A DNA stretch of 64,000 nt from an uncultured Oscillospiraceae bacterium (GCA_900549755.1 URPQ01000001.1:13947-77946); one strand, 5' to 3'; numbered from the stretch's first letter, positions 1 to 10,261 are shown. Notes: a model not told the origin generated them from the sequence alone. A program made the numbers and translations.

Positions 1-850
1 ACAGCGAGGCGTTAAGCGAGTTTGTGTGGTCGCTGAACGAGAAGTTGACTATTGTCATATCCGTATTTCGCTTTGTCTTAATATCGCGGGTCTCAAGCCC
101 GAAAACCTCGCCCCAGCAGGCAATTTCGGTATCGTCACCCGTAATGCTTATCATATCGCGGGTGTGGTTTGAAATGCCGCCCCTGCCGTAAAACTGCTGC
201 GGATTATCAAGGTAGACTATGCCGTTATCGGGTCTGCCCTCTCTCTTTTCAAATTTAATTTCCTTTTTCGGCGCAGCGGGGCGCGCGGGCGCGCTCTGCC
301 TAGGCTCGGCTGCCTGCCTTTCGGGTCTTCTGACAGGCTGTGCAGGCTCTGCGGGCGGCAGGTCAATTTCCACCTTTTCAAGCTGACCGTCAAACGAAAC
401 GGTAATATCCCGCCCGAAACGTTCCTTTATAATGCGCTTAAAGGCGTTTTCAAAGCCGCAGTCGGTTATGGTGTCATACCCGCCGTATTTAAGCGTAATA
501 TTAACGTTGTTATCATTAAGGTTAAATTCCGCGCCGTTGAAATAGCCGTTAAGCGCGGCGTTTTTAAGCTTTAATTCCGCCGTAATATCGGCGCAGGCGG
601 CGGGTATTAAGGCGTCCTCAGAAAAAACGCAGGAAATATGACATTCATTTAATTTGAGCGCGTTTTTAAGCTGATTTACAAGCTCGTTTCGGCTTTCGGC
701 TGTTATGTATTTTTCTGCCCTAAGCTCTGCGTTTAAGGCGCGTTCGTCGGTATCAAGCGAGCATTTTTCTATAACGGTGCTGCCGAATATTTCCGAAATA
801 TCGGCTGACAGCCCTCTGTCGAATATTTGAGAAAATAATGCCTTGCCCAC
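1..850 (-). CDS. Partial CDS running off the window start; N-terminus begins VGKALFSQIFDRGLSADISEIF. Possibly the N-terminal region of PolC-type DNA polymerase III, judged from synteny only.
   Basis: Open minus-strand frame from a GTG at about 850 with GGAG 9 nt upstream; no stop before position 1. Lies directly downstream of ispG, where polC sits in many Clostridia. No motif was verified. Confidence 0.3.
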   Translation of the reverse strand, partial: MGKALFSQIFDRGLSADISEIFGSTVIEKCSLDTDERALNAELRAEKYITAESRNELVNQLKNALKLNECHISCVFSEDALIPAACADITAELKLKNAALNGYFNGAEFNLNDNNVNITLKYGGYDTITDCGFENAFKRIIKERFGRDITVSFDGQLEKVEIDLPPAEPAQPVRRPERQAAEPRQSAPARPAAPKKEIKFEKREGRPDNGIVYLDNPQQFYGRGGISNHTRDMISITGDDTEIACWGEVFGLETRDIKTKRNTDMTIVNFSFSDHTNSLNASL

Positions 851-865
851 TTTTTTACACTCCGT

Positions 866-1915
866 TTATAATTTTTCTATTTCCGCCAAAAGCTCGTCAA
901 GCAGTGCGCTTTCGGGCACCTTTTTAATTATCTCGCCGTTTTTAAAAAGCACGCCGCAGCCATCTCCCCCGGCAATGCCTATGTCGGCTTCTCTTGCCTC
1001 GCCCGGACCGTTTACAACGCAGCCCATTATGGCAACGGTTATATTTTTATCACAGTCTTTAAGGCGTTTTTCTGCCTCGTTCGCAATTTTTATAAGGTCT
1101 ATTTTCGTTCTGCCGCAGGTGGGGCAGGAAACGAATTTAACACCGCCTGTGCGCAGCCCCAGCGCCTTTAAAAGCCGCTTGCCCGTTTCAACCTCGCGCA
1201 CGGGGTCATCCGTTAATGAAACGCGAATTGTATCGCCTATTCCGCGCAAAAGCAGCCCGCCTATACCGGCGGCGGATTTTACCGTGCCGTTTGCCGCGGT
1301 GCCTGCCTCGGTTACGCCCAAATGCAGCGGATAGCGGCATTTTTCCGCCGCTAAAACATATGCGTTATACATTGTGGCAACGTTTGAGCTTTTAAGAGAA
1401 AGCACAATATCATCAAAATCAAATTTTTCAAGCAATGATATATGGTAAAGCCCGCTTTCCACCATAGCGCGGGGTGTGGGCGAGCCGTATTTTGCCAGAA
1501 TATTTTTTTCAAGCGAGCCTGAATTTACCCCTATTCTTATAGGCACGCCCGCCGCCTTGCAGGCGTTTGCAACGGCTTTTACCCTATCGTCCGCACCTAT
1601 ATTACCGGGGTTTATTCTTATTTTATCCGCTCCCGCCGCCACGCTTTCAAGCGCCAGCCTGTAATCAAAATGAATATCGGCTACAACGGGTATTGATATA
1701 TTGCTTTTAAGCGCCGCCAGCGTTTTAACGCTCTCTTTATCGGGCACGGAAATGCGTATAATATCGCACCCCGCCTTTTCAAGCGCTTTTGCCTGCTCTA
1801 CATTCCCCGCTATATCGTGCGCGGGTATATTAAGCATTGACTGCACCGTAACGGGCGCGCCGCCGCCGATTGCTACCCCGCCTGCAAATACCTTTTTTGT
1901 TTTATACTCCTGCAT
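866..1915 (-). CDS. ispG: 4-hydroxy-3-methylbut-2-enyl diphosphate synthase (IspG/GcpE)
   Basis: 349 aa with the CPTCGR Fe-S motif and overall IspG architecture; GGGTGA RBS; part of the conserved rseP-ispG cluster. Confidence 0.9.
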   Translation of the reverse strand: MQEYKTKKVFAGGVAIGGGAPVTVQSMLNIPAHDIAGNVEQAKALEKAGCDIIRISVPDKESVKTLAALKSNISIPVVADIHFDYRLALESVAAGADKIRINPGNIGADDRVKAVANACKAAGVPIRIGVNSGSLEKNILAKYGSPTPRAMVESGLYHISLLEKFDFDDIVLSLKSSNVATMYNAYVLAAEKCRYPLHLGVTEAGTAANGTVKSAAGIGGLLLRGIGDTIRVSLTDDPVREVETGKRLLKALGLRTGGVKFVSCPTCGRTKIDLIKIANEAEKRLKDCDKNITVAIMGCVVNGPGEAREADIGIAGGDGCGVLFKNGEIIKKVPESALLDELLAEIEKL

Positions 1916-1921
1916 TTTATG

Positions 1922-2983
1922 TCACCCTGCAATCAGCGTCCAAATATCCTTTGCGGTTATAAGCAGCATAAAGCCTATCAGCAGCGCAAAGCCCACGGCG
2001 TGAACTATCGCCTCGTACTTTTGCGGCACGGGCTTTCTGAAAATCATTTCTATTAAAATAAACAGCAGTCTGCCGCCGTCAAGCGCGGGTATGGGCAGCA
2101 AATTGAAAATACCCAGATTTATTGTTATAAGCGCCATAATAGGCAGCAAATTTTCAAGGCTTTGCTTTGCCGCCGAGCCTATCGCCGCGGTAACGCCCAC
2201 AGGGCCCGAAACCGCGCTTATGCCGTATTTCCCGCTTATCAGGTCTATAAGCGACCGCCACACAACAGCGCAGTATGACGCGGCTGTGGCAAAGGTTTGC
2301 TTAATATATGAGCCGAGGGTTTTTCTTATGCCGTAAACGTAAAAATCCACGTTTAAATAGCTTATTCCGTTTTCTTCGGAAGAATCGAACTTAACGTCTC
2401 TAAGCTCAACCTTTTCGCCGTCGCGCTTTACAACCATATCTATTTTGCCGCCCTTAACATTTGTAAAGGCGTAGCTTAAATCATAGGTGGAGAAAATTTT
2501 TCTGCCCTCCACCTCAATTATTTTATCGTCTACCTTAAGCCCCGATTGCTCGCTTACCGCGTTTTCCTTAAACTCCGCCACAACGGTTGAGTTAAACGCT
2601 TTTTGCGGCGCTAAGGTTACAGCCACAATAATAAGCCCCAAAATCAGGTTAAAGGTGGCGCCCATTGCCACTATTATAAAGCGCCGCCACGGCTTTTTAT
2701 TGCAAAAAGCGCGCTCGTCGCCGCTTTCCTCATCCTCGCCCTCCATAGCGCAGTAGCCGCCAAGGGGCACAAGATTTACCGAATACTTTGTTTCCTTGCC
2801 CTGCTTTGAGAAAAGCTTGGGACCGAAGCCCACTGCAAACTCATTTACGCGAACGCCCAAAAGCTTTGCGGCAATAAAATGCCCGAATTCGTGTATTACA
2901 ATTAAAATCAAAAACAGCGCAATAGCCACAAGATACGGCCACACATTGCTCCAAACGTTAAGTAAAGCTGAAATAATAACCAC
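1922..2983 (-). CDS. rseP: RIP site-2 metalloprotease RseP (M50 with PDZ)
   Basis: HEFGHF zinc motif, PDZ-like middle region, C-terminal LDGG motif; conserved dxr-rseP order. Confidence 0.85.
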   Translation of the reverse strand: MVIISALLNVWSNVWPYLVAIALFLILIVIHEFGHFIAAKLLGVRVNEFAVGFGPKLFSKQGKETKYSVNLVPLGGYCAMEGEDEESGDERAFCNKKPWRRFIIVAMGATFNLILGLIIVAVTLAPQKAFNSTVVAEFKENAVSEQSGLKVDDKIIEVEGRKIFSTYDLSYAFTNVKGGKIDMVVKRDGEKVELRDVKFDSSEENGISYLNVDFYVYGIRKTLGSYIKQTFATAASYCAVVWRSLIDLISGKYGISAVSGPVGVTAAIGSAAKQSLENLLPIMALITINLGIFNLLPIPALDGGRLLFILIEMIFRKPVPQKYEAIVHAVGFALLIGFMLLITAKDIWTLIAG

Positions 2984-2989
2984 CCGATT

Positions 2990-4129
2990 CTAAAAAATAC
3001 TGTCTCTTACAAGTTTTCTTGCCGCTTTATCAGTCTCAAAAATATCCTCTAATGTGAAATCCCTTTTGTTTTTAATCTCTGCAAGCGCTTTTTCAACCAA
3101 ATCGGCTATCTGCAAAAACTTGATTTTGTCCTGCAAAAACAGCGCGACCGCTTCTTCATTAGCGCCGTTTACCGCAGTTGGTGCCAGCCCGCCCTCGTTT
3201 ATCGCTTTAATGCAAAGCGGCAGGCACTTAAAGGTTTCGGTATCGGGCTTTTCAAAGGTGAGGGTGCCTATATCGGTAAGGCTGAGCCGCCGGAACGCAT
3301 TGTCGGCGCGGTCAGGGTAGGTCAGCGCATACTGTATGGGCAGGCGCATATCGGGCGTGCCGAGCTGCGCTATAACCGCGCCGTCGCAAAGCTCCACTGC
3401 CGAGTGCAGAATGCTCTGCCTGTGCACCAAAACCTCAATTTCATCCGCCGTAACGCCGAATAAATGCACCGCCTCTATAACCTCAAGCCCCTTATTCATG
3501 AGGCTTGCGGAGTCAACGGTTATTTTAGCGCCCATCGACCAGTTGGGGTGATTAAGCGCGTCCTTAACCGTTACGTTTTCAAGGTCTTTTCGTTTTCTGC
3601 CGTAAAACGGCCCGCCCGAGGCTGTAAGCAATATTTTTTTAAGAGAATTTTCGGGCGCGCCCTGCAAGGACTGAAAAATCGCGGAGTGCTCGCTGTCCAC
3701 CGGCAAAAGCCTTACACCCGTTTCTTTAAGGCGGCGGTTTACAATTTCCCCACCCGTTACAAGTGTTTCCTTATTTGCAAGGGCAACGGTAGTGCCATTG
3801 TTTATCGCCGCCAGCGTGGGTCTCAGTCCCGCAATACCCACAACCGAATTAAGCACGGTATCGCAATCGCTCTCCGCCGCGGCAATAACGCCCTCTTCGC
3901 CCGAATATACCTTAATATCTGTATCGGCAAGCTTTACTTTAAGCTCGGCTGCGGCGTCTTTATCAAACATTGCGACAAATTGCGGCTTAAATTTTCTCGC
4001 CTGCGTTTCGGCAAGCTCTACGTTTCTGCCCGCCGCCAGCGCAGTTATTTCCCAGCCGTTTTTTTCGCAGGTTTCAAGCGCCTGCGTACCTATTGAGCCG
4101 GTAGAGCCCAGAATTGAAAGCCTTTTCAT
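2990..4129 (-). CDS. dxr: 1-deoxy-D-xylulose 5-phosphate reductoisomerase
   Basis: N-terminal MKRLSILGSTGSIGTQALE NADPH-binding signature; 379 aa. Confidence 0.9.
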   Translation of the reverse strand: MKRLSILGSTGSIGTQALETCEKNGWEITALAAGRNVELAETQARKFKPQFVAMFDKDAAAELKVKLADTDIKVYSGEEGVIAAAESDCDTVLNSVVGIAGLRPTLAAINNGTTVALANKETLVTGGEIVNRRLKETGVRLLPVDSEHSAIFQSLQGAPENSLKKILLTASGGPFYGRKRKDLENVTVKDALNHPNWSMGAKITVDSASLMNKGLEVIEAVHLFGVTADEIEVLVHRQSILHSAVELCDGAVIAQLGTPDMRLPIQYALTYPDRADNAFRRLSLTDIGTLTFEKPDTETFKCLPLCIKAINEGGLAPTAVNGANEEAVALFLQDKIKFLQIADLVEKALAEIKNKRDFTLEDIFETDKAARKLVRDSIF

Positions 4130-4980
4130 TATATTACCCCTAAAGCTATAAACAAATACAAAAGCGGCGCGGTCATAATTATGCTGTCAAATCTATCAAG
4201 TATACCACCGTGACCAGGTATTAAATTCCCGTAATCCTTAATTCCCGCCGCACGCTTTATGGCAGAGGCGAAGAGGTCGCCTATCATACCCAAAATGCAG
4301 AACGGCACGGTTAAAAGCGCCGCGTTTGTAAGATTTTTTTCAAATGAGAAAGAAAAGCCCAGAATATATGTCACAATAACGCTTGATACTATTCCGCCCA
4401 CAGCGCCCTCAATCGTTTTGTGCGGGCTTATATTCGGGCAAAGCTTATGCTTACCCAACGTGCTGCCCACAAAATACGCGCCTGCGTCGCACACGCTTGA
4501 AAAGTTGAGCAGCATAAAAAGGTAATAAAGCCCGTGCTCATGGTTTATTACCACGCCGAGCGAGCTGAACGCAAACGCCACGGGTATGGGCATACCGCAA
4601 AGAAAGGCGATATGCGAAAGCTCAAAAGTCTTGTGGTTTTTAAGCGTTACCGCAGCCGAATATATAAAGTAAATAACGCTCAGCGCCAAAGTAAAGGTTA
4701 ATTTTATATATGCCTTGTGCGTGCCGTCAAACACCTGCTGCAGCCGAGCTCCCGTGCTGCCGTCTATTGCAAACACCATAAGCACCACATAGGCGCAGGC
4801 GCCTATTATTGCCGCTTTAGACTCAATTTTCGCGGCATTGTGCAAAAGCTCGTAAATTCCCACAGCAGCTAAAAACGCAATGCAGGCGGTTATAAAAAGC
4901 GGGTTTACCGTCATACCTAAGGTTATCACCGCCGCCGCTATAATTATCATAACCGCGCCTGAAATAATTCGGGTTTTCAT
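4129..4980 (-). CDS. cdsA: phosphatidate cytidylyltransferase
   Basis: Multi-TM protein with C-terminal GHGGILDRFDS signature. Confidence 0.85.
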   Translation of the reverse strand: MKTRIISGAVMIIIAAAVITLGMTVNPLFITACIAFLAAVGIYELLHNAAKIESKAAIIGACAYVVLMVFAIDGSTGARLQQVFDGTHKAYIKLTFTLALSVIYFIYSAAVTLKNHKTFELSHIAFLCGMPIPVAFAFSSLGVVINHEHGLYYLFMLLNFSSVCDAGAYFVGSTLGKHKLCPNISPHKTIEGAVGGIVSSVIVTYILGFSFSFEKNLTNAALLTVPFCILGMIGDLFASAIKRAAGIKDYGNLIPGHGGILDRFDSIIMTAPLLYLFIALGVI

Positions 4981-4997
4981 AAATTTCTACGCTCCCT

Positions 4998-5741
4998 TTA
5001 CACGCCGCCGAATCGGCGGTTACGGTGATTAAAGTCCTCTATTGCTTTATCAAGCTGCTTCGGGGTAAAATCGGGCCACAGAATATCCGAAAACCAGTAT
5101 TCCGCATAAGCCGATTGCCACAAAAGGTAGTTTGAGGTTCTGTATTCTCCGCTCGGTCTTATAATAAAATCGGGGTCGGGCATACCCGCGGTGTATAAAT
5201 TATCCGATATAAGCTGTTCGGTTATATCGGTTTCGGGTATTCCCGCGGCAATAATTTTTTTAACCGCGTGTACTATTTCATCCCGTCCGCCGTAATTTAT
5301 GGCAATATTAAGGTTTAAGCCCGTGGCGTCCTTTGAGCCGTCCTCGTTTTTAAGCATAAGCGCCTTAATATCGTCTGCAAGGGGTGTTCGGTCGCCCAAA
5401 AAGCGCACCTTTATGTTCTCGTCCTTAAAATTTTCCGCGTCCTTCAAATAGTCGCGCAAAAGGTTCATTATGCCGTCTACTTCTTCTTTCGGGCGTTTCC
5501 AGTTCTCGGTTGAGAAAGCGTAAACGGTTAAGTATTCAAGCCCTATTTTATTGCAGTAGCGCGCTATTGTCTTAAAGGTTTTAGCGCCCGATACATGCCC
5601 TGCCGAGCGCGGCAGCCCGCGCTTTTTTGCCCACCTGCCGTTGCCGTCCATAACAATTGCAATATGGCGCGGCAGCGTGCGCGCAGTATTTTCTTTTTTG
5701 CCGAACAGACCCAATTTTTCACCTGCTTTAAATGCGGGCAT
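4998..5741 (-). CDS. uppS: undecaprenyl diphosphate synthase (cis-prenyltransferase)
   Basis: HIAIVMDGNGRWAKKRG motif; 247 aa. Confidence 0.9.
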   Translation of the reverse strand: MPAFKAGEKLGLFGKKENTARTLPRHIAIVMDGNGRWAKKRGLPRSAGHVSGAKTFKTIARYCNKIGLEYLTVYAFSTENWKRPKEEVDGIMNLLRDYLKDAENFKDENIKVRFLGDRTPLADDIKALMLKNEDGSKDATGLNLNIAINYGGRDEIVHAVKKIIAAGIPETDITEQLISDNLYTAGMPDPDFIIRPSGEYRTSNYLLWQSAYAEYWFSDILWPDFTPKQLDKAIEDFNHRNRRFGGV

Positions 5742-5762
5742 TAAAATATGCCCGCAAAAGTA

Positions 5763-6323
5763 TTATATTTCCATTATTTCCTTTTCTTTAAGAGACGCCA
5801 GATCGTCAATTTCCTTGCAGAATTTATCGGTTAAATTCTGAATTTTCTTTTCGCCGTCGGCAACGTCGTCCTCGGTTATTGTGTTCGCCTTTTTAAGCGC
5901 TTTCAGCTTTTCAATCGCGTCGCGGCGGGTGTTGCGTATTGCCACCTTGTTTTCCTCGGCTGCTTTGCGCACCTCCTTAACAATATCCTTGCGGCGTTCC
6001 TCTGTAAGCGGGGGGAAGGAAAGGCGTATAACCCTGCCGTCGTTCTGCGGGTTTATACCTATGTCGGAGGTTAAAATTGCCTTTTCAATATCCTTTAGGG
6101 TGGTGGCGTCCCACGGCTGAATCATTAAAATGCGCGGCTCGGGAACAGATACCGCCGCCATTTGCTGTATCGGCGTCGGGCAGCCGTAATAATCCACCGT
6201 AACGCGGTCAAGCACCGAGACGTTCGCTCTGCCCGCTCTTATCGACTTATAGTCCCTTTCAAGCACGGCAACGGTTTTATTCATTTTTTCCTCGGTATTT
6301 TTAAGTAACTCTTTCATAAACAA
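5763..6323 (-). CDS. frr: ribosome recycling factor
   Basis: 186 aa of typical RRF length and sequence; pyrH-frr synteny. Confidence 0.9.
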   Translation of the reverse strand: MFMKELLKNTEEKMNKTVAVLERDYKSIRAGRANVSVLDRVTVDYYGCPTPIQQMAAVSVPEPRILMIQPWDATTLKDIEKAILTSDIGINPQNDGRVIRLSFPPLTEERRKDIVKEVRKAAEENKVAIRNTRRDAIEKLKALKKANTITEDDVADGEKKIQNLTDKFCKEIDDLASLKEKEIMEI

Positions 6324-6341
6324 AATCTCCTTACTACTATA

Positions 6342-7046
6342 TTATTTAACAATTGTTCCGATATGCTCGCCTGTTATCGCTTTAACTATATTATGCGGGT
6401 CGTTAAGGTTGAAAACGAGTATTTCAATACTGTTGTCCATACAAAGCGAGGCGGCGGTGCTGTCCATAACGTGCAATCCGTCCTTCAATACGTCTATATG
6501 CGAGAGTGTGTCATATTTCTTAGCCTCGGGGTTGAGCTTGGGGTCGCTGTCGTAAACGCCGTCAACATTGGTTGCCTTAAATATTACGTCCGCCCCTATT
6601 TCGGCAGCGCGCAAAGCCGCGGCGGTATCGGTCGAGAAGAACGGGTTGCCCGTGCCGCAGCCGAAAATTACCACTCTGCCCTTTTCAAGGTGCCTTACCG
6701 CCTTATTGCGAATATAAGGCTCGGCTATCTGCCGCATTTCAATGGCAGTCTGAACGCGCGCAGTGACGCCCAACTGCTCAAGTGCGTCGGCAAGCGCCAG
6801 CGCATTTATAGAGGTTGCAAGCATACCCATATGGTCGGCTCTGGTCCTGTCCATTTTGCCGCTGGAGCGCCCGCGCCAGAAGTTTCCGCCGCCCACAACA
6901 ATGGCAACCTCAACCCCCATATCCACACATTCCTTAACGCTTGCGCACACCTCAAGCACCTTGTCAAAATCAATTCCCACGCCCTTTTCGCCGGCAAGCA
7001 CCTCACCGCTGAGCTTTAAAAGTATACGTTTATAAACAGGTTTCAT
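6342..7046 (-). CDS. pyrH: UMP kinase
   Basis: N-terminal [10 protein letters not shown] motif and amino-acid kinase fold pattern; 234 aa. Confidence 0.9.
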   Translation of the reverse strand: MKPVYKRILLKLSGEVLAGEKGVGIDFDKVLEVCASVKECVDMGVEVAIVVGGGNFWRGRSSGKMDRTRADHMGMLATSINALALADALEQLGVTARVQTAIEMRQIAEPYIRNKAVRHLEKGRVVIFGCGTGNPFFSTDTAAALRAAEIGADVIFKATNVDGVYDSDPKLNPEAKKYDTLSHIDVLKDGLHVMDSTAASLCMDNSIEILVFNLNDPHNIVKAITGEHIGTIVK

Positions 7047-7161
7047 ATTGTATTATCTCCGTTCCGCCGTACAGCAATATATTATCAAATTTATTTTACA
7101 ATAACCGCCCCGTAAAGTCAATTGCCAATATGTAAATTTTAAGAAGTTGCGCGCTTTGATT

Positions 7162-7440
7162 TTACATATCGCAATTAAACTCTATTTCTTCTTCCTCTGC
7201 CGCCTCTTTAAAGGTTTCGATTATTTTCAAAACATTTTCCTTTAAATTTTCTGCCGCCTTGGTTTCAGGCTTAAATATCACAGTTATACTGACAGGCGTT
7301 TCTATAAAACCTGTCAGCATATCCCATAAAGCGCTTAAATTGTTGCCGTACCATTCGGGCAGTTTCAACTTTTCTTTCATTTCATTATGTAAATCCATAG
7401 GATATTTGCATAATGAAAAATCCACAACAATATTTTTCAT
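7162..7440 (-). CDS. barstar-family ribonuclease inhibitor (orphan; no adjacent barnase)
   Basis: LPEWYGNNLSALWDMLTGFIETP closely parallels the barstar core [23 protein letters not shown]; 92 aa, acidic C-terminus. Confidence 0.8.
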   Translation of the reverse strand: MKNIVVDFSLCKYPMDLHNEMKEKLKLPEWYGNNLSALWDMLTGFIETPVSITVIFKPETKAAENLKENVLKIIETFKEAAEEEEIEFNCDM

Positions 7441-7577
7441 ACTCTTCTCCTTGGCAATATAATTATACCTTATATTCCGCCCAATGACAATTAAATATTT
7501 CTGTGTTGAATTTTAAAGAATAGTATACAAGCAGGCATACATATTCTTTATTAGAAAACAAAAGGGAGACCGTTAAA

Positions 7578-8336
7578 ATGAGATTTCTTATAATAACCAA
7601 AAAACAGCTTATGCTCGGCATATGCGCGCTTATTGCGGTAATCGCCGTTGTAATAGGCTCTGCAACCGCATTTGCCGGAAACGACCGAAAGCTGCCTATC
7701 TACTGCGTTGAAACCGAGAAAAAGCAAATTGCGATTTCATTTGACGCAGCTTGGGGCAACGACGACACTCAAACGCTTATAGATATTTTAAAGGAGTACA
7801 ACGTACCCGCGACGTTTTTCGTTGTCGGCTCGTGGGTGGATAAATACCCCGAATCTGTCAAGGCGCTTTCCGACGCGGGACATCAGGTGCAAAATCATTC
7901 CAACACCCACCCGCATATGCCGCAATTATCAAAGCAGCAAATGCGTGATGAACTTGAAAGCTGCAACAGCAAAATAAAGACGATTACGGGCGTTTGCCCC
8001 ACGCTTTTGCGCCCGCCCTACGGCGATTACGACAACGCGCTTATAGAAACGGTAGACAGCATTAATATGAAAACTATACAGTGGTCGGTTGACAGTCTTG
8101 ACTGGAAAGACAGCGCCACCCCCGACAGTATTTTTAAAAGAGTCACAAGCAATGTAACAAACGGCAGTATAGTCCTTTTTCACAACGACGCCGACCACAC
8201 CCCCGAGGCGCTGCCCGGTATACTTAAATGCCTAAAGGAGCAGGGCTATGAATTTGTGTTTATAAGTGACCTTATTTTAAAGGATAACTACACAATAGAC
8301 CATACCGGCAAGCAGTGCCCCGCCGCAGCCGAATAA
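7578..8336 (+). CDS. polysaccharide deacetylase (NodB-homology CE4 domain, PdaA/PdaB-like), N-terminal TM/signal anchor
   Basis: SFDAAWGND and HSNTHPHM NodB-type motifs; good RBS AAAGGGAG; 252 aa. Confidence 0.8.
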   Translation: MRFLIITKKQLMLGICALIAVIAVVIGSATAFAGNDRKLPIYCVETEKKQIAISFDAAWGNDDTQTLIDILKEYNVPATFFVVGSWVDKYPESVKALSDAGHQVQNHSNTHPHMPQLSKQQMRDELESCNSKIKTITGVCPTLLRPPYGDYDNALIETVDSINMKTIQWSVDSLDWKDSATPDSIFKRVTSNVTNGSIVLFHNDADHTPEALPGILKCLKEQGYEFVFISDLILKDNYTIDHTGKQCPAAAE

Positions 8337-8639
8337 TTAAAAAACACCCTTTCGGGTGCTTGACAAATTTGAAAACTATAATATAGGTGAAATGAAAAAT
8401 CGCCTCCATTGTCCTAAATGGAGCCGGATCATACTCCGGTTCACGCTGCGCCTGCCTAATATAAAAGAGAAACACAGCCGGAATATAAACTGTGTTCCTC
8501 TTTTTTTAAAAGGCGTCCTGAACCTTTAATTCTATTATAATACAAAATTTCAATTTGTTAAGTAGAATTATAAGATTTTTTGGAATATTTTGGAGTTATT
8601 TCTGCATTATGCTATATGAGCATAAAATCAGGTGAATTT

Positions 8640-8860
8640 TAAACCCAAACAAACCCTATTATTACCCGGTGCTTGCCGTGATACTATTGCCCTGCCGCCC
8701 TTTGGTGAAGGCTGCTCCCCACAGTATGGAAAGATAACTATTTTGTCTCCCTCTGAAGAGGGTGCATGTGTCCGGTGGACACCTTTGCCAAAGCAGAAGC
8801 ACCGACCGAGGCGGCAGCCGAGACGGTAGATTTGCCATAGGCAAAGACGAAGGGGTTGTT
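8640..8860. other. GC-rich, highly structured non-coding element of unknown class and strand (candidate ncRNA)
   Basis: GC-rich patch inside an AT-rich intergenic region. Several perfect local hairpins (ccctc-tgaa-gaggg, gtgtcc-ggt-ggacac, ttgcc-ata-ggcaa) and a long-range ggtgctt/aagcacc pairing enclose about 150 nt. Overlapping ORFs have no RBS. Confidence 0.25.
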
Positions 8861-8865
8861 AGAAA

Positions 8866-8894
8866 CCATACGGTACTTTGAAACAAAAATTGGG
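8866..8894 (-). terminator. intrinsic terminator after the rSAM-SPASM gene
   Basis: Minus-strand hairpin ggata-N9-tatcc followed by CAATTTTTGTTT immediately after the stop at 8913. Confidence 0.4.
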
Positions 8895-8912
8895 ATATTT
8901 CCACCCTATCCG

Positions 8913-10241
8913 CTACTTTAAATTTTCAATCTCGAATAATATTTTCTCACGGACATTTTGTATTTTTTGCATTTTACGCTCCTCAGTGCAACTATAGCCA
9001 TCATAATCAGGACATCTTTCAAGATGAATACATTCAGGGTATAGCGGGCATGTTTGACAAATTTCATCACGTGCGCTTAAAGCCTTCCATACAGTAATAT
9101 TTTCTTTTTTAATATTAGAATCATAAATATTTCCCCAGTAGCCACTATCCAAACAATGGTCGCATTTACCAAGGTTGCCATCGGGTAATATTGTAGTACT
9201 TGAATTCGCATCAGCCAGACAGGAATAATATTTAAATGTTCTTCTTAATTTCTTTTTAGAGTTTAAGCCGTAATTCCTAATTTTATCTTCCAACTCAGTA
9301 AGTTTATTCGTGAGTTCCTCTATTTCTGATTCATTTCTTTTTTTTGCTTTTCGAGAATCATATAAAAGAAATACATAAACACTTAAAAGAGATTTATTAT
9401 CTGCAAATTCGGTATTGAGGTAATCTATCAGTTCGGATAAATCATTCTTATTATGTTCATCAAGATTTAAGCGTATAGAGACCTTGATTCCTGCTGATAA
9501 TAACAATTTTATGTTTCTAATCACACGTTCAAACGGATTGGGATCCTCATGTATATAATTCTTAATTCGATTATATACCCTTTCCGTACCGTCCAGTGTG
9601 ATTTGTACCTTATACAAATTCCAATTATTTCTCGCTTTATCTATTAAATCTTGATCAAATAAATACCCGTTTGAAATCATCCATGACTTATATACAGCAT
9701 TATTTGCTTTTAAAAAATTAAATATTGTATCAATAGCAGCTATGTTACACAGTGGCTCACCACCGAATAATTGAATTGTGATATCGTGACCCTTTGATTT
9801 ATCTATCATAAAACGGGCAACATCAACTGCTGTGTCATTGGACATTATTTTCTTTTGAGCTTGCCTTTCAAAGCAATAAAAACATCTGGCATTACAATCT
9901 GTTGTCGGAAAGACAATAAAATTGTTTATATAATTTTGTCGCATAATCAATGAATACAAATTATAAATTTGCTCATAAAACTTTATATCATTAAATTTTT
10001 CCGGTACAAGAATCCAATTTTTAATTAAAAAGTCATATGTTTCTCTGTGTTTAGTTAAATTATTGTATTCATCTTTATCAAGTAAAACCATTTGACGTGT
10101 TAAGCTATTAAAAAGAACAATACTATCCCCTACCTCAGAAACAATTATAAATTGTATAAGTCGAAATTTTTCTTCATTCAAAATTCTTTGTTCTGATAAT
10201 AAGGCGTATATTTCCGGTGGAATTTTACAAATCTCTTTCAC
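8913..10241 (-). CDS. radical SAM / SPASM-domain peptide-modifying enzyme (RiPP maturase-like; sactisynthase/ranthipeptide/QhpD-like class) with about 100-aa N-terminal extension
   Basis: CNARCFYC (CxxxCxxC) rSAM cluster motif. Cys-rich C-terminus (CDHC...CQTCPLYPECIHLERCPDYDGYSC) typical of SPASM twin auxiliary clusters. GTG start with GGAG RBS. Very AT-rich compared with neighbours. Confidence 0.85.
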   Translation of the reverse strand: MKEICKIPPEIYALLSEQRILNEEKFRLIQFIIVSEVGDSIVLFNSLTRQMVLLDKDEYNNLTKHRETYDFLIKNWILVPEKFNDIKFYEQIYNLYSLIMRQNYINNFIVFPTTDCNARCFYCFERQAQKKIMSNDTAVDVARFMIDKSKGHDITIQLFGGEPLCNIAAIDTIFNFLKANNAVYKSWMISNGYLFDQDLIDKARNNWNLYKVQITLDGTERVYNRIKNYIHEDPNPFERVIRNIKLLLSAGIKVSIRLNLDEHNKNDLSELIDYLNTEFADNKSLLSVYVFLLYDSRKAKKRNESEIEELTNKLTELEDKIRNYGLNSKKKLRRTFKYYSCLADANSSTTILPDGNLGKCDHCLDSGYWGNIYDSNIKKENITVWKALSARDEICQTCPLYPECIHLERCPDYDGYSCTEERKMQKIQNVREKILFEIENLK

Positions 10242-10261
10242 TTACATAAACTCCATTATTG

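Noticed and set aside
6363-7019. 218-aa plus-strand ORF
   Set aside because: Antisense to pyrH, which has unmistakable UMP-kinase similarity; no RBS.
8740-8800. Hammerhead-like CUGAAGA and cobalamin-like GGUGAAGG strings
   Set aside because: CUGAAGA is part of a simple hairpin (ccctc-tgaa-gaggg) incompatible with a hammerhead core, and no B12 box (GCCACUG) is present.
8632-8904. Overlapping 65-aa (plus) and 80-aa (minus) ORFs in the GC-rich element
   Set aside because: No RBS, Pro/Arg-rich composition typical of GC-rich non-coding sequence; the region is better explained as structured RNA/DNA.
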